A stretch of DNA of 64,000 bases, from the NCBI GenBank assembly GCA_029258835.1, contig JAPDJY010000030.1, positions 64,001-128,000 of the forward strand. Reading direction: 5' to 3'. Position 1 is the stretch's first letter. Every line of letters starts with the position of its first letter. The DNA is from Thermoproteota archaeon (GTDB lineage: Archaea > Asgardarchaeota > Jordiarchaeia > Jordiarchaeales > Freyrarchaeaceae). Below the pieces are notes generated by a model. It was given only the letters and a program-made list of their open reading frames with translations, was not told where the DNA came from and made no database searches. The translations under genes and the position numbers were made by a program. This document shows, piece by piece, positions 1 through 9,534 of this stretch.

Positions 1-183
1 CTTAAGTAGCTTCTCTGCGGCCAACACTAGACCAAAGATTAGCACTATCAGGCTGACGATTGCAAGCACCCATCCCATTGCCCCTGCTCCTCCAGTTAAA
101 GTCGCCTGTAACGTGCTTCCTAGGAAAGGCGCTATTAGCCCTAGTATACCCCCTATGAACCCAATTATGCCACCTATCTTCAT
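1..183 (-). CDS. Partial (runs off window) membrane protein, MKIGGIIGFIGGILGLIAPFLG...WVLAIVSLIVLIFGLVLAAEKLLK
   Basis: Translated by hand in a frame different from the track's 2..190 ORF. ATG at 183 with GGAG upstream; two clear hydrophobic segments. Confidence 0.7.
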   Translation of the reverse strand, partial: MKIGGIIGFIGGILGLIAPFLGSTLQATLTGGAGAMGWVLAIVSLIVLIFGLVLAAEKLLK

Positions 184-419
184 TTTTCATCTCTCCACTT
201 TTCTTTTTTCAGTCAGGAGCTGGAGAGCCTACCCCTCTTTTTAAACCTTTTTATGCCTCTCATCGAGGTTTACGTTAAACGTCGAACGAACAGAGTCTTT
301 TTTAAAAAAAGAATACGACTAAAGTACGTCTACGGGGGACAAAATAAGGTGAAATATTAAAAAACACCGTTACTTAACTTGACTGGGAGTCGAAATATTT
401 AAGGGAGCCTTCATGAGGT

Positions 420-1184
420 GTGCCTAGATTGATCGATCCGCATGTTCACTCTGTTTTCAGGTCGTTCGAAGACTTCACAGCACTAGGTATTTCAGGAGTT
501 ACAGGTATTATTTCAGTGGCGTTCTACCCTGTTACTCCATCGAGCCCTATGACGCTTATAGACCATTTTAGGCATATTCTCGAAGCTGAGCCGTCAAGAT
601 TTAAAAGCTCATACATTTCCTTTTATCCTTCCATAGGCGTTCATCCAAGGTGCATTCCCCCAAACGTAGAAGTTGCATTCAACTACTTAGAAGAGCATGC
701 TGGAGAGTACGTAGCTATTGGAGAGGTAGGGCTTGAAGCGGCTTCCGAGAAGGAGGTTGACGTGCTTAAAGCCCAGCTTACTATCGCTAAGAAAATGGAT
801 GTTCCTGCAATAATTCACACCCCAAGACGGGGGAAAGAGGCGACTACGAAAAAGATCCTTAACCTACTGGATGAAGTCGGCTACTATAACGTTGTAGTAG
901 ACCATGTAAACATTGAAAACATAGGTCTTCTTGAAAACGTTGAAGTGTACGTGGGATTGACTGTTCAGCATGGAAAGCTGGACTTAAACTCTTTACTTAG
1001 AATAGTCGAAATGTACGTGTCTCATAACCCTGAAAAATTCCTCCTTGACACCGACCTTGGAAGGGACGCCTCTGACCTATTCTCTCTTCCAAAAGCCGTC
1101 CAGCACCTGCGCGTAAACGACGTAGACCCCCAAGTAATTGACTTGTTATCCAGAGGGAACGCAGCAAGACTCTTTAAAATTTAA
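420..1184 (+). CDS. TatD-family metal-dependent hydrolase
   Basis: DPHVH, GVHP, IGEVGL, IIHTPR, VDH and DTD motifs. Confidence 0.85.
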   Translation: MPRLIDPHVHSVFRSFEDFTALGISGVTGIISVAFYPVTPSSPMTLIDHFRHILEAEPSRFKSSYISFYPSIGVHPRCIPPNVEVAFNYLEEHAGEYVAIGEVGLEAASEKEVDVLKAQLTIAKKMDVPAIIHTPRRGKEATTKKILNLLDEVGYYNVVVDHVNIENIGLLENVEVYVGLTVQHGKLDLNSLLRIVEMYVSHNPEKFLLDTDLGRDASDLFSLPKAVQHLRVNDVDPQVIDLLSRGNAARLFKI

Positions 1185-1211
1185 GAGAAAAATTATTTAT
1201 GGGGGTTAGCA

Positions 1212-2501
1212 TTGGACATCGTAAACTGCAAAATCAGGGAGTTAGGCTCCCATGTTGGCGAGCAAGTAACCGTTAAAGGCTGGATCCACTTGAAGAGACA
1301 GCACGGCAAAAAACTTGTTTTCTTAACTTTAAGGGATGGAACTGGATTTACTCAGGTGGTTGTGAGAAGCAGCGCATCCGGTTACGGTGAGCTTCTGAAC
1401 GCTTACAGGGAGGCAGCCGTACGTGTAGTTGGAACGGTGACTAGAGATGAAAGATCACCTTACGGGTACGAGATCAGGGCTGAAAGTGTGGATGTTATAT
1501 CTCCCTCAAGCCCAACTATAGAGGAAGAATATCAGCCTGACTCGTCTCCTGACGTTCTCCTCAGTAAAAGACATCTAGTTATTAGGGGCGAGAAAACCTC
1601 GGCCATCCTAAAATATACTGCGAAGCTACTAAAGTACTTCAGGGAGTTCTGTGAGGAAAGAGGGCTGGTTGAGGTGCTTCCACCACTGATAACACGTGCC
1701 GCCTGTGAAGGGGGTGCAACCCTCTTTCCCATAAAGTACTTCGACGAGGTAGCCTACTTAACTCAGTCATCCCAGCTCTACTTAGAAGCGGCGCTACCTG
1801 CTCTGGGGGACGTTTACTGCATTCAAAAATCGTTTAGGGCGGAGAAGTCTAGGACAAGGCGCCACTTAACAGAGTACACGCACGCAGAAGTGGAGCTCGC
1901 CTTCATAGACTTCGACGACCTCGTCTCCTTCACCGAGGATCTCATAGTGCATATTGTGGAGAGGACGCTGGAGGAGGACGAGCCCATCCTTAAGACGTTG
2001 AATGTGGACGACCTTAAAGCCCCCAAGAAACCATTTAAGCGCCTCACGTATAGGGAAGCGGTTAGAGAGCTGAAAAAGAGGGGTGTAGAAATCGGTGAAG
2101 GCGGCGAAATAGAAGAGGCGATGGAGAGGATGCTGGTCGACCAGCTAGGCGAACCACTCTTCCTAACCGAGTTCCCTGCAAGCCAGAAAGCATTTTATTT
2201 TAAGAGGAAGGAGGGCGAGGAGGAGATTACCCTCTCAATGGACTTGCTCGTGCCAGGTGTAGGCGAAATAATAGGCGGAGGGATGAGGGAAGACGACTAC
2301 GAGACGCTCCTTACAAGACTGAAAGAGATCAAAGCAAACCTTGACGACTACAAGTGGTACCTCGACCTAAGAAGGTATGGCTCGATCCCACACGGCGGCT
2401 TCGGGTTAGGAGTAGAACGCACGGTAGAATGGATCCTAAAGCTTCCTCATATAAGAGAAGCCTGCTTATTCCCCCGGCTAATAAACAGGCTAATTCCATA
2501 A
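1212..2501 (+). CDS. asnS: Asparagine--tRNA ligase
   Basis: N-terminal OB fold (LRDGTG), CEGGATLF, YLTQSSQLYLE, FRAEKSRTRRHLTE, PHGGFGLGVER. Confidence 0.93.
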   Translation: MDIVNCKIRELGSHVGEQVTVKGWIHLKRQHGKKLVFLTLRDGTGFTQVVVRSSASGYGELLNAYREAAVRVVGTVTRDERSPYGYEIRAESVDVISPSSPTIEEEYQPDSSPDVLLSKRHLVIRGEKTSAILKYTAKLLKYFREFCEERGLVEVLPPLITRAACEGGATLFPIKYFDEVAYLTQSSQLYLEAALPALGDVYCIQKSFRAEKSRTRRHLTEYTHAEVELAFIDFDDLVSFTEDLIVHIVERTLEEDEPILKTLNVDDLKAPKKPFKRLTYREAVRELKKRGVEIGEGGEIEEAMERMLVDQLGEPLFLTEFPASQKAFYFKRKEGEEEITLSMDLLVPGVGEIIGGGMREDDYETLLTRLKEIKANLDDYKWYLDLRRYGSIPHGGFGLGVERTVEWILKLPHIREACLFPRLINRLIP

Positions 2502-2504
2502 GTT

Positions 2505-2584
2505 AAGAGGGTTACTTCTAATAGCCTCTGGGCGATCCTCTTTCAATGAGGACTCCTTCGTAGGACGGGCGAAGTCAACCCCTT
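2505..2584. ncRNA. Candidate structured small RNA (closing stem plus three hairpins)
   Basis: GGGTTACTTC(2509-2518) pairs with GAAGTCAACCC(2571-2581) and encloses GCC-TCTG-GGC, TCCTC-7nt-GAGGA and TCC-TTCGTA-GGA. A TATA-like box lies on the minus strand at ~2611-2616. Confidence 0.45.
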
Positions 2585-2675
2585 TCTTTAAAGTTACAGA
2601 AATCTAAGGGTTTAAGTATCATGTTATAGCATGTTAGCGGATTTTAAGTAACATGTTCCTGTTTTCCTGTTTAGC

Positions 2676-3497
2676 TCACCTTTCCTTTACCATTTTAAAG
2701 TAGCATCCTGTTCCTTCCACATCGTCTGGAATAAGCATGAAGTCTATTTTCGCCATGGGGAAGAGGAAGGGGAACAGCAAGTAATCTGGAACCTTATACC
2801 TTCTAAGAACCTCCCTTACCTCCTCGGCGAACTCACTGAAAACCTGATTGTAATACCCGATTTTTTCAAGTTTCATCCCTGCCTCCCTAGCTAAGCGCAT
2901 TATCATCCTCCGGTTGTATCTCCTATGGTGGCCAAGCTCTACATCATCCCTAGTCATCCTACTCTCCCCCTCTCCCCTCAGGAAGAACCGCCTTCCCTCA
3001 GAGGTTGGAACGGTACCAACCAGAACCCCTTTCCTAGTTAGAACGCGTTTAGCCTCCTTAACCGTCTTTAAGTCATCTGGTATGTGCTCGAAGACATCCA
3101 ACCCTAGAATCAAGTCAAAACATTCCTCTCTGAAGGGAAGGCTTTGCCCATCGCCTAAGACGAAATCCACCGGGATCTTATTTATCCTTGCAGACTTGCA
3201 AGCCTCCCAGAAGTCCTCGTTTGGCAAGTCGAGGGCGACCATCCTCACCCCATCAGCCATTAGGGCTACACTCCACACAGCCCATCCGCAGCCCACGTCT
3301 AAAGCGGTTATCCCTGGCTTCACCTCCAAGTGCGGTAAAACCCTAGCAGCCCTCACAGCGTCAAGAAGGTAAGGGTGCCCAAGGATCCTATAAAAAACCT
3401 CCCTAAACTTAACTATCCAAGGACTAGGTCTCTCATGCCTATGATAAGACAGGTATCGCCCAATTACTGGCTTCTTAAACATAAAAACCCCCTTCAT
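2676..3497 (-). CDS. Class I SAM-dependent methyltransferase
   Basis: ALDVGCGWA, GDGQSLPF, DVFEHI motifs. Confidence 0.85.
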   Translation of the reverse strand: MKGVFMFKKPVIGRYLSYHRHERPSPWIVKFREVFYRILGHPYLLDAVRAARVLPHLEVKPGITALDVGCGWAVWSVALMADGVRMVALDLPNEDFWEACKSARINKIPVDFVLGDGQSLPFREECFDLILGLDVFEHIPDDLKTVKEAKRVLTRKGVLVGTVPTSEGRRFFLRGEGESRMTRDDVELGHHRRYNRRMIMRLAREAGMKLEKIGYYNQVFSEFAEEVREVLRRYKVPDYLLFPFLFPMAKIDFMLIPDDVEGTGCYFKMVKER

Positions 3498-4291
3498 CTA
3501 AATCCTGCATCATCCTTCTTAGATGTTTCCCAGAGAAAATTAAAGTAACCACTAGCTATCATCGCTAAACCTATATGATCAGACCATATCCCCATGGAAA
3601 ACCTAAATCCTCCCTCAGCTTGGTCTAGAAGGACGATCATCGCTTCCCTTCCATCGACTATGACTCCTCCACCATACATGATATCCCTAGCGGTGACGTT
3701 CTCCTTTCCCACCATCCTAGAAAGCCTCTCTAATACCTTTTCATCCAGAACACTAGCCATAATTTTCACGGTGACGTTGCCTGAACGCAGCCTTCTAAGA
3801 ATCTCCTCAACAGGCTCGATAACACCCTCAACAACGACGGGCAAAGCTATGAGAACTTCCCTTCTAGCCTTTTCAATCATCTCCTTAAACTTAGACAAAA
3901 TATTCTGCTCTCCATGAATTATCCAAATATTCGGCTGCTCAGCCCCCTCCGTCCTTTCATAAATCGGTTGCAAGATCTCTACAATTTTCCTCTCGTTCTC
4001 CTCGATATCCCTCTGAAACCTGAGCTTAACCACATGCATAGCCTCCCTTGGAGGCATAGCAGCGTAAAGTTTCGGCCTACCGCCATGAACCTGAATCCAG
4101 CCTTTCTCTTCGAGCCGCTCCAAAACATCATAGATCCTAGAGTATGGAACCCCGCTTCTTCTGCTTACCTCCCTAGCAGTTAGAGCTCCCCCCTCCACCA
4201 AGGTAAGGTAAACCTCAGCCTCATAACCCGTCAAACCCACCCTTTCAAGTGCCCGCCTAACATCACCCCCCCTATGAAGCATAGCGATCAA
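3494..4291 (-). CDS. TrmB-family transcriptional regulator
   Basis: GLTGYEAEVY...SGVPYSRIYDVLERLEEKGW wHTH followed by a PLD-like effector domain (IVDGREA). Confidence 0.9.
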   Translation of the reverse strand: MIAMLHRGGDVRRALERVGLTGYEAEVYLTLVEGGALTAREVSRRSGVPYSRIYDVLERLEEKGWIQVHGGRPKLYAAMPPREAMHVVKLRFQRDIEENERKIVEILQPIYERTEGAEQPNIWIIHGEQNILSKFKEMIEKARREVLIALPVVVEGVIEPVEEILRRLRSGNVTVKIMASVLDEKVLERLSRMVGKENVTARDIMYGGGVIVDGREAMIVLLDQAEGGFRFSMGIWSDHIGLAMIASGYFNFLWETSKKDDAGFR

Positions 4292-4603
4292 ACCTCCCCG
4301 TAGAATTTCCTTCCATCTGCCAAGGCATCTACACGTTCCTATACTCCTCTCCTAAATTTTTCCTATTATCTTTTTGTTCCTTTAGTTAAAGCATTGCTTT
4401 AGAAGTATCCCGTATTTTTCAGTTTTAATCGTTGCAAATTATACCTTCTTCTCATTAATTTCATAATTATTTAGTAAATTTTTGCAATTAACTTTAAAGA
4501 TATCTCCCTTCCCTCCCAATTTTTCTTGGTTTTTAAATGTAAAAGGAAAAATTTATATCCCCCTACGCCTTCATCCTTCCCCTGAAGGAATATACCCCCA
4601 GGG

Positions 4604-5134
4604 TTGCAGGTTGGGGGATCCGTGATACTAGACGTCTATGTAATGGATAAGAGTGGGATCTGCCTATGCCGACGGACATATAAAAAAATTGGTGATATAG
4701 AAGGTATGGACAGTCTTCTTCTCACAGGCTTCATGAGTGCGGTTATGTCCTTCACCGAAAATTTGGCAAGCGCAAAACTCGAAGTGATACGAACCGACAA
4801 ATATGTTCTTCTTTGCAACTTAAGCGATCCGCTTGCAACAATAATTTTAGCAGACAAGGAAGACGAAGATATCCTGAAGGAGGTGGCAGAAGAGATACTA
4901 AAGCGATTCAAAGAGAAATATCGTAATAAGCTAGAAAACTGGGATAAGAATGTTGACCACTTCCAGCAATTCTGCAAAGAAATAGATCAAATAGTCCAGT
5001 CTAAAGCTAAATACCCCGAAAAAGTAAGAGAGCTAATATTAAGCGGGAAATTAAATGCAAAAGAAGCCGCAGACCTCATCCTCGCAGAAATCAATCAAAT
5101 GGTTAAAGAAATAATGAAAAAAGATAAGGTGTAG
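4604..5134 (+). CDS. Longin/roadblock-like domain protein (start probably GTG 4622)
   Basis: ILDVYVMDKSGICL...LLTGFMSAVMSF...ILKRFKEKY...W...F pattern typical of Asgard longin-like proteins. Confidence 0.7.
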   Translation: MQVGGSVILDVYVMDKSGICLCRRTYKKIGDIEGMDSLLLTGFMSAVMSFTENLASAKLEVIRTDKYVLLCNLSDPLATIILADKEDEDILKEVAEEILKRFKEKYRNKLENWDKNVDHFQQFCKEIDQIVQSKAKYPEKVRELILSGKLNAKEAADLILAEINQMVKEIMKKDKV

Positions 5135-5138
5135 ACGT

Positions 5139-5432
5139 TCATAGCGACTTCACGTCACAACCAGCTTCTTTCAAGATCTCCTTCCTAATACTTGGAAACT
5201 CTTCCCTTATAATACGAATTATCCTTTCAACGTGCTTCCTTTCACCTGGCCGAAGAAGAATAAACATGTAACCCCACTCGGGGAACAACGTTGCCACACA
5301 GATAAACCTATCATCATACCTAACATAATACTCGTAGTAATGTCTCCTAATTTTGTACCCTTCCCTTTCAAGTTTTAGCATGATCCTATTAAGCTTATTA
5401 GCAAGAATCAACATCCACATCCATCCCCTCAA
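5139..5432 (-). CDS. Small hypothetical protein
   Basis: ORF co-oriented and tightly spaced behind the V4R gene; no family recognised. Confidence 0.55.
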   Translation of the reverse strand: MRGWMWMLILANKLNRIMLKLEREGYKIRRHYYEYYVRYDDRFICVATLFPEWGYMFILLRPGERKHVERIIRIIREEFPSIRKEILKEAGCDVKSL

Positions 5433-5458
5433 AAAATAAGAATGTAGGTTGGAAAACT

Positions 5459-5953
5459 TTATTTATCGACGAGCTTACTTTGCTTCTTTATCTTGAAACT
5501 GCATCGGTCAGCCCCTTCGCTCTTCAAGCTTTCAGCTTCCACTTTAACTTCTTCTCCGAAAGCCCTGCGTGCTGCCTCCTCTATTAAACCATGAGTGTAC
5601 GTACAGTAAAACTTGGTTGTAATGTCTAAGTCCAACTTTTCAAAAGGACACGCAGTAAATGTTATTCTTGCCTCCTCCTCGTTTCCCTCGTAAGAAACAC
5701 ATCTGTCACCGACGACAGGAGCGATAACGTCTTTGGCTACAAGCTCGGCGAACTTTTCAGGGTTCCAAGATGCTACATTGTACTTCTCCCTCAATCTCTT
5801 CTCAACACGCTCACCTACAGTTTCTCCAACTAGCCTAAACACAGCCCTTATAGTGTCTCTACCAGCTACGGCATCAAGTCGATTCATCAGCAAGACAAAC
5901 ACGCGAGTGATAAACCTGTGCAACCTTTCTAAGTTCTCGGACAAACCGTCCAC
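5459..5953 (-). CDS. V4R / Bet3-TRAPP-like (H-NOX-related) domain protein
   Basis: ACPF, YCTYTHGLIE and GADRCSFKI Cys pattern of V4R. Confidence 0.8.
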   Translation of the reverse strand: MDGLSENLERLHRFITRVFVLLMNRLDAVAGRDTIRAVFRLVGETVGERVEKRLREKYNVASWNPEKFAELVAKDVIAPVVGDRCVSYEGNEEEARITFTACPFEKLDLDITTKFYCTYTHGLIEEAARRAFGEEVKVEAESLKSEGADRCSFKIKKQSKLVDK

Positions 5954-5961
5954 CTCCCAAA

Positions 5962-6351
5962 CTAGTAAAGAACTTTTTTGACCTCCTCTACCGTTTTAAG
6001 CATCTCCCAGAATACAAGTCCTAAATTCGCGTCGTGCCTCACCAAGACTGTTAGAAGATGCGCATCACCTATACTCATAATAACAGTCTGCCCATCCTTG
6101 CCTGTTATGAGAACCCGTTGAAGCTCACCCTGCCCCAGCTCAGCTACAGTCCTTTTGCCAATTCCCAGAGCCGCTACGGACATTGCTGCTACGAGCCTAG
6201 GATCAGCAATGTCTGAAGGGAGAACAGAGGCGACAAGCATACCCTCATTAGTCACAACAGTACTACCCAAAACGTCAGGAACCCTTCTCTCCAAGTCCTT
6301 CAAAACATCAACAAGTTTCCTCTTAACATCCTTCTCTACCATCCTAATCAC
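5962..6351 (-). CDS. Roadblock/LC7 (MglB-like) protein
   Basis: VVTNEGMLVAS, VAAMS, ELGQGELQRVLITG, ANLGLV. Confidence 0.9.
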   Translation of the reverse strand: MIRMVEKDVKRKLVDVLKDLERRVPDVLGSTVVTNEGMLVASVLPSDIADPRLVAAMSVAALGIGKRTVAELGQGELQRVLITGKDGQTVIMSIGDAHLLTVLVRHDANLGLVFWEMLKTVEEVKKVLY

Positions 6352-6501
6352 CCTTCAAACTTTAGGTGAAAAATTAGAAATTAACATGGCACCTTCGCTT
6401 GCAACCAAAAAATAAAATTTATGATCAAAATACTCACAAACATAAAACTGGCAAAACTATATGTCGTATTCTTCAAAGTAGGAACGAATTGAAGAAATAG
6501 T

Positions 6502-6616
6502 TGGTGGGCCCGGCGAGATTTGAATTCACGCTTTCTATAGCCTCGCGACCTTCCGGTTATCAGCTTCGCCCCACATTTCGTGGTCGGACGCTCTAACCAG
6601 GCTGAGCCACGGGCCC
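6502..6616 (-). tRNA. tRNA-Ile(GAU) with two non-canonical introns (30/31, 20 nt; 53/54, 17 nt), CCA encoded
   Basis: GGGCCCGTGGCTCAGCCTGGTTAGAGCGTCCG[intron]GCTGATAACCGGAAGGTCGCGAG[intron]TTCAAATCTCGCCGGGCCCACCA; both junctions fold as bulge-helix-bulge-like motifs. Confidence 0.9.
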
Positions 6617-7128
6617 ACATCCTCCGTTTAAACCATTTTTAATACGTCTTTTTTATGGTTTTCGGATCAAAACCAACCCAAAGAAAATGGAGGTGCATTC
6701 CTCACGTATAAAATGGATTAGGTCAAGTGGACCCGTGCGCCTAGGAAAAACCCGAGTTTCTAACGGTCTGCTTCGTGGGCACTCTTCCCCCTCAGCTGTG
6801 CTAAGGCCAAAACTTAGACCGTCAATGCCAAGTGAATGCCACTTAAATTTTCCTTTGTCCATCCCCCGAGTTCCCGTCCGGGCTTCCACCATTTACGGAA
6901 GACCACCCATCCAATTAACCAGCCTGTCATATGACATGCACCGAGCCCTCTGTTATCAAGCAGGAGGAAAACTTATGTAGTATAAGTAGGTGGGCTCTCA
7001 CCCTTCAAGAGAACGAAAAGGAAACACCCGTGTTGTAATAGGAGGGCGTGAAGGATAAATTTTATAACGCTATATACTTCGTAAGTTTGTTGTCCTAGAA
7101 CGGGTTAAAAGAAAAATGGAGGGTTTTT

Positions 7129-8658
7129 ATGGATACTTTTCCCTGGTGGACTGATGAGCAGAAGGCATACCAAGATGAGCTATGTGAGTATGTGAATAAA
7201 CTTATGCCTAGGGCTGAGGAGGCATACTGGGAACGCCGCTTCCCATGGGACATCGTGAAGGAGGTTGGTGAGAAAGGCTACTTCGGCGCCGGCGTCCCCA
7301 AGGAGTATGGCGGAATGGGCCTCGGCGTCACCGGGTGCTGCATAACGGCTGAGCAATTAGGCAGACTCTACTGCATAGGACACATATTCGTGGTTTCCCA
7401 TATAGGAGGATACCACCAGATCCTACATCACGGAACGGAGGAACAAAAGAAGAAATGGCTTTCACAACTCGCTAAGGGCGTCATAGGAGCCGTCTGCATA
7501 ACTGAACCGTATTATGGCTCGGACGCTGCCGGGATCGAGACCGTGGCTGTGCGCGACGGAGACGAGTACATTTTAAATGGTAAGAAAAGGTTTATTACGG
7601 GAGGCGGCGTCGCCGATAGATACATAGTGTACGCTAGAACGAGCGATGATCCCGAGGATAGAAGGCGCTACAGGCATCTCTCAGCCTTCGTCGTCGAGAA
7701 GGGCATGGACGGCTTCACCCTTGAAAAAATAAACGAACTCATAGGCTTCGAGAACGTCCCTAACGCCTATCTAGACTTTGACAATGTGCGCGTTCCAGTG
7801 GAGAACAGGATAGGCAATGAAGGAGACGGCTGGGCGATCATGATGGGCGGCTTAAACTTCGAGAGGACAATAGCAGCCGCCGTCACCTTAGGAGGGATGA
7901 TTGAAGGTTTAAGATGCGTCTACAACTACGTTCAGAGAAGAGTTCAGTTCAGGATGAGGACAACAGACTTCGTAAATAACCAGTTTGCCATAGCAGACAT
8001 GATCGCCGACTACAAGCTAGCTCGGCTAATGACCTACTACGCGGCTTATGCCATGGACATCGGAATGAACATACCGGTTGAAGCATCGATAGCGAAAATG
8101 TTTGCAACGGATGCCTCCCTCAGGATGGGGGTAAACGGCGTCCAGATAGTCGGTGGAGACGGGCTAACCAAATTTTACCCGATTGAAAGAATGGTAAGGG
8201 AATCAAAAATAGGGCAAATAGTCGCTGGCACGAACGAGATAATGAAGGTAATCATCTACAGAATGGGGCCACTAGCAATGTACGAGGACCTGAAGTATCC
8301 ATGGCGCTACACTCTGCATCCACGCCTCCAGGTACCAATGCCAACCTTTGAGAAATCCGAGTTCGCTGGGAAAGAACCAAACGAGGAAAACATGCTCAAG
8401 CTATTCGCACTAAACTACAGGGTCAATCCTGGACTCCACATGACAATAGAAGACATCGCAAACGAGTTCGAAGCACCACAAGAAAAAGTGCTGGAAACGC
8501 TTCAAGCCATGGAAAGCAAGGGCCTCGCCTCCCTTTACAGAGACAGGAAAGGTAGAATACTCCTAGCAAGACCAACCTATGAAGGGTTAAAGCAGGCAGC
8601 ACCCAAGGAATACTACAAATGGTTCCCCTCATGGTACAGAGATGAAGATAAGTTCTAA
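7129..8658 (+). CDS. Acyl-CoA dehydrogenase with C-terminal winged-helix extension
   Basis: ITEPYYGSD, LNGKKRFIT, RVQF, GGDG, GTNEI; extra ~110 aa with wHTH pattern. Confidence 0.9.
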   Translation: MDTFPWWTDEQKAYQDELCEYVNKLMPRAEEAYWERRFPWDIVKEVGEKGYFGAGVPKEYGGMGLGVTGCCITAEQLGRLYCIGHIFVVSHIGGYHQILHHGTEEQKKKWLSQLAKGVIGAVCITEPYYGSDAAGIETVAVRDGDEYILNGKKRFITGGGVADRYIVYARTSDDPEDRRRYRHLSAFVVEKGMDGFTLEKINELIGFENVPNAYLDFDNVRVPVENRIGNEGDGWAIMMGGLNFERTIAAAVTLGGMIEGLRCVYNYVQRRVQFRMRTTDFVNNQFAIADMIADYKLARLMTYYAAYAMDIGMNIPVEASIAKMFATDASLRMGVNGVQIVGGDGLTKFYPIERMVRESKIGQIVAGTNEIMKVIIYRMGPLAMYEDLKYPWRYTLHPRLQVPMPTFEKSEFAGKEPNEENMLKLFALNYRVNPGLHMTIEDIANEFEAPQEKVLETLQAMESKGLASLYRDRKGRILLARPTYEGLKQAAPKEYYKWFPSWYRDEDKF

Positions 8659-8711
8659 GCCCCTTACTCTTTATTTTAACTTTTAACTATTCCTTCAAAC
8701 CTGAAAAGGGC

Positions 8712-9524
8712 TTGTTGATGCTTCCTTCCAAGATTATCCGCTTCACAAATTCCTTTGTAAACTCATATCCTTCTATCCGTCACACCGTAACTACGTGGAG
8801 AAGCCCATTAATCGGCTTTGCTAGTGCAAGCGATCCCCTCTTTGAAAGGCTACCATACGTAGTAAAGGGTCATCTTCACCCATCAGACCTCATCGACGAC
8901 GCTGAAACAGTAATTGCTTTCTTCATACCCTTTACATATAAGACTGTTTACTCTAACGTTAATGGGCGCTACGCATCAAAACTATGGGCTATAGCTTATG
9001 TTGAGACAAACAAGCTTCTCACGGACTTAGCAGCTGGAATAGTAGACCTCCTTAGAAGTGAAGGGTTCAGAGCTGAGGCTCCACCCCCAACTCACGTTTT
9101 CAACGAGGAAACCTTAACCAGTAACTGGTCTCATAAGCATGTAGCCTACATTGCTGGACTAGGAACGTTCGGAGTCCACCACATGATAATTACAGAGAAA
9201 GGGTGCTGTGGACGGCTGACAAGCATCGTAACAAACGCAAAAATAAAGCCAACTCCAAGGCCAGAAAACGAATTTTGCCTCCATAAGTCAGGGGTGAAGT
9301 GCCTAAAATGCGTAGAGAAATGCATCTTCAAAGCGTTAACAGAAAACAAACTTAACAAGCATAAGTGCTACAAAGTATGTCTTGAAAACGCGAAGCACTA
9401 TGAGAAGCTAGGAGTCGCTGACGTGTGCGGAAAATGCGTAGCAGCAACACCATGCAGCCTAGAAAACCCGGTTAAAAACCGAAATAAACCCTTCCCTCGT
9501 AAACGTGTAAGCATAAAAAGTTAA
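8712..9524 (+). CDS. Epoxyqueuosine reductase (QueG)-like / reductive-dehalogenase-like 4Fe-4S protein
   Basis: WSHKHVAYIAGLGTFG, RLTSIVT, CLKCVEKC, CGKC...PC. Confidence 0.75.
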   Translation: MLMLPSKIIRFTNSFVNSYPSIRHTVTTWRSPLIGFASASDPLFERLPYVVKGHLHPSDLIDDAETVIAFFIPFTYKTVYSNVNGRYASKLWAIAYVETNKLLTDLAAGIVDLLRSEGFRAEAPPPTHVFNEETLTSNWSHKHVAYIAGLGTFGVHHMIITEKGCCGRLTSIVTNAKIKPTPRPENEFCLHKSGVKCLKCVEKCIFKALTENKLNKHKCYKVCLENAKHYEKLGVADVCGKCVAATPCSLENPVKNRNKPFPRKRVSIKS

Positions 9525-9534
9525 AGCTTTCAGC

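Noticed and set aside
2-190. Track ORF MKNEDRWH...
   Set aside because: Wrong frame; the overlapping 1..183 frame gives a coherent membrane protein
2505-2584. tRNA-Sec, suggested by UCA centred in a 7-nt loop on the + strand
   Set aside because: No long D-stem, long variable arm, proper T-arm or GCCA end; kept only as a generic structured RNA
6381-6980. Short ORFs 6381-6620, 6653-6892 and 6687-6980; possible group II intron remnant
   Set aside because: The first overlaps tRNA-Ile; the others have no recognisable motifs; no convincing domain V hairpin
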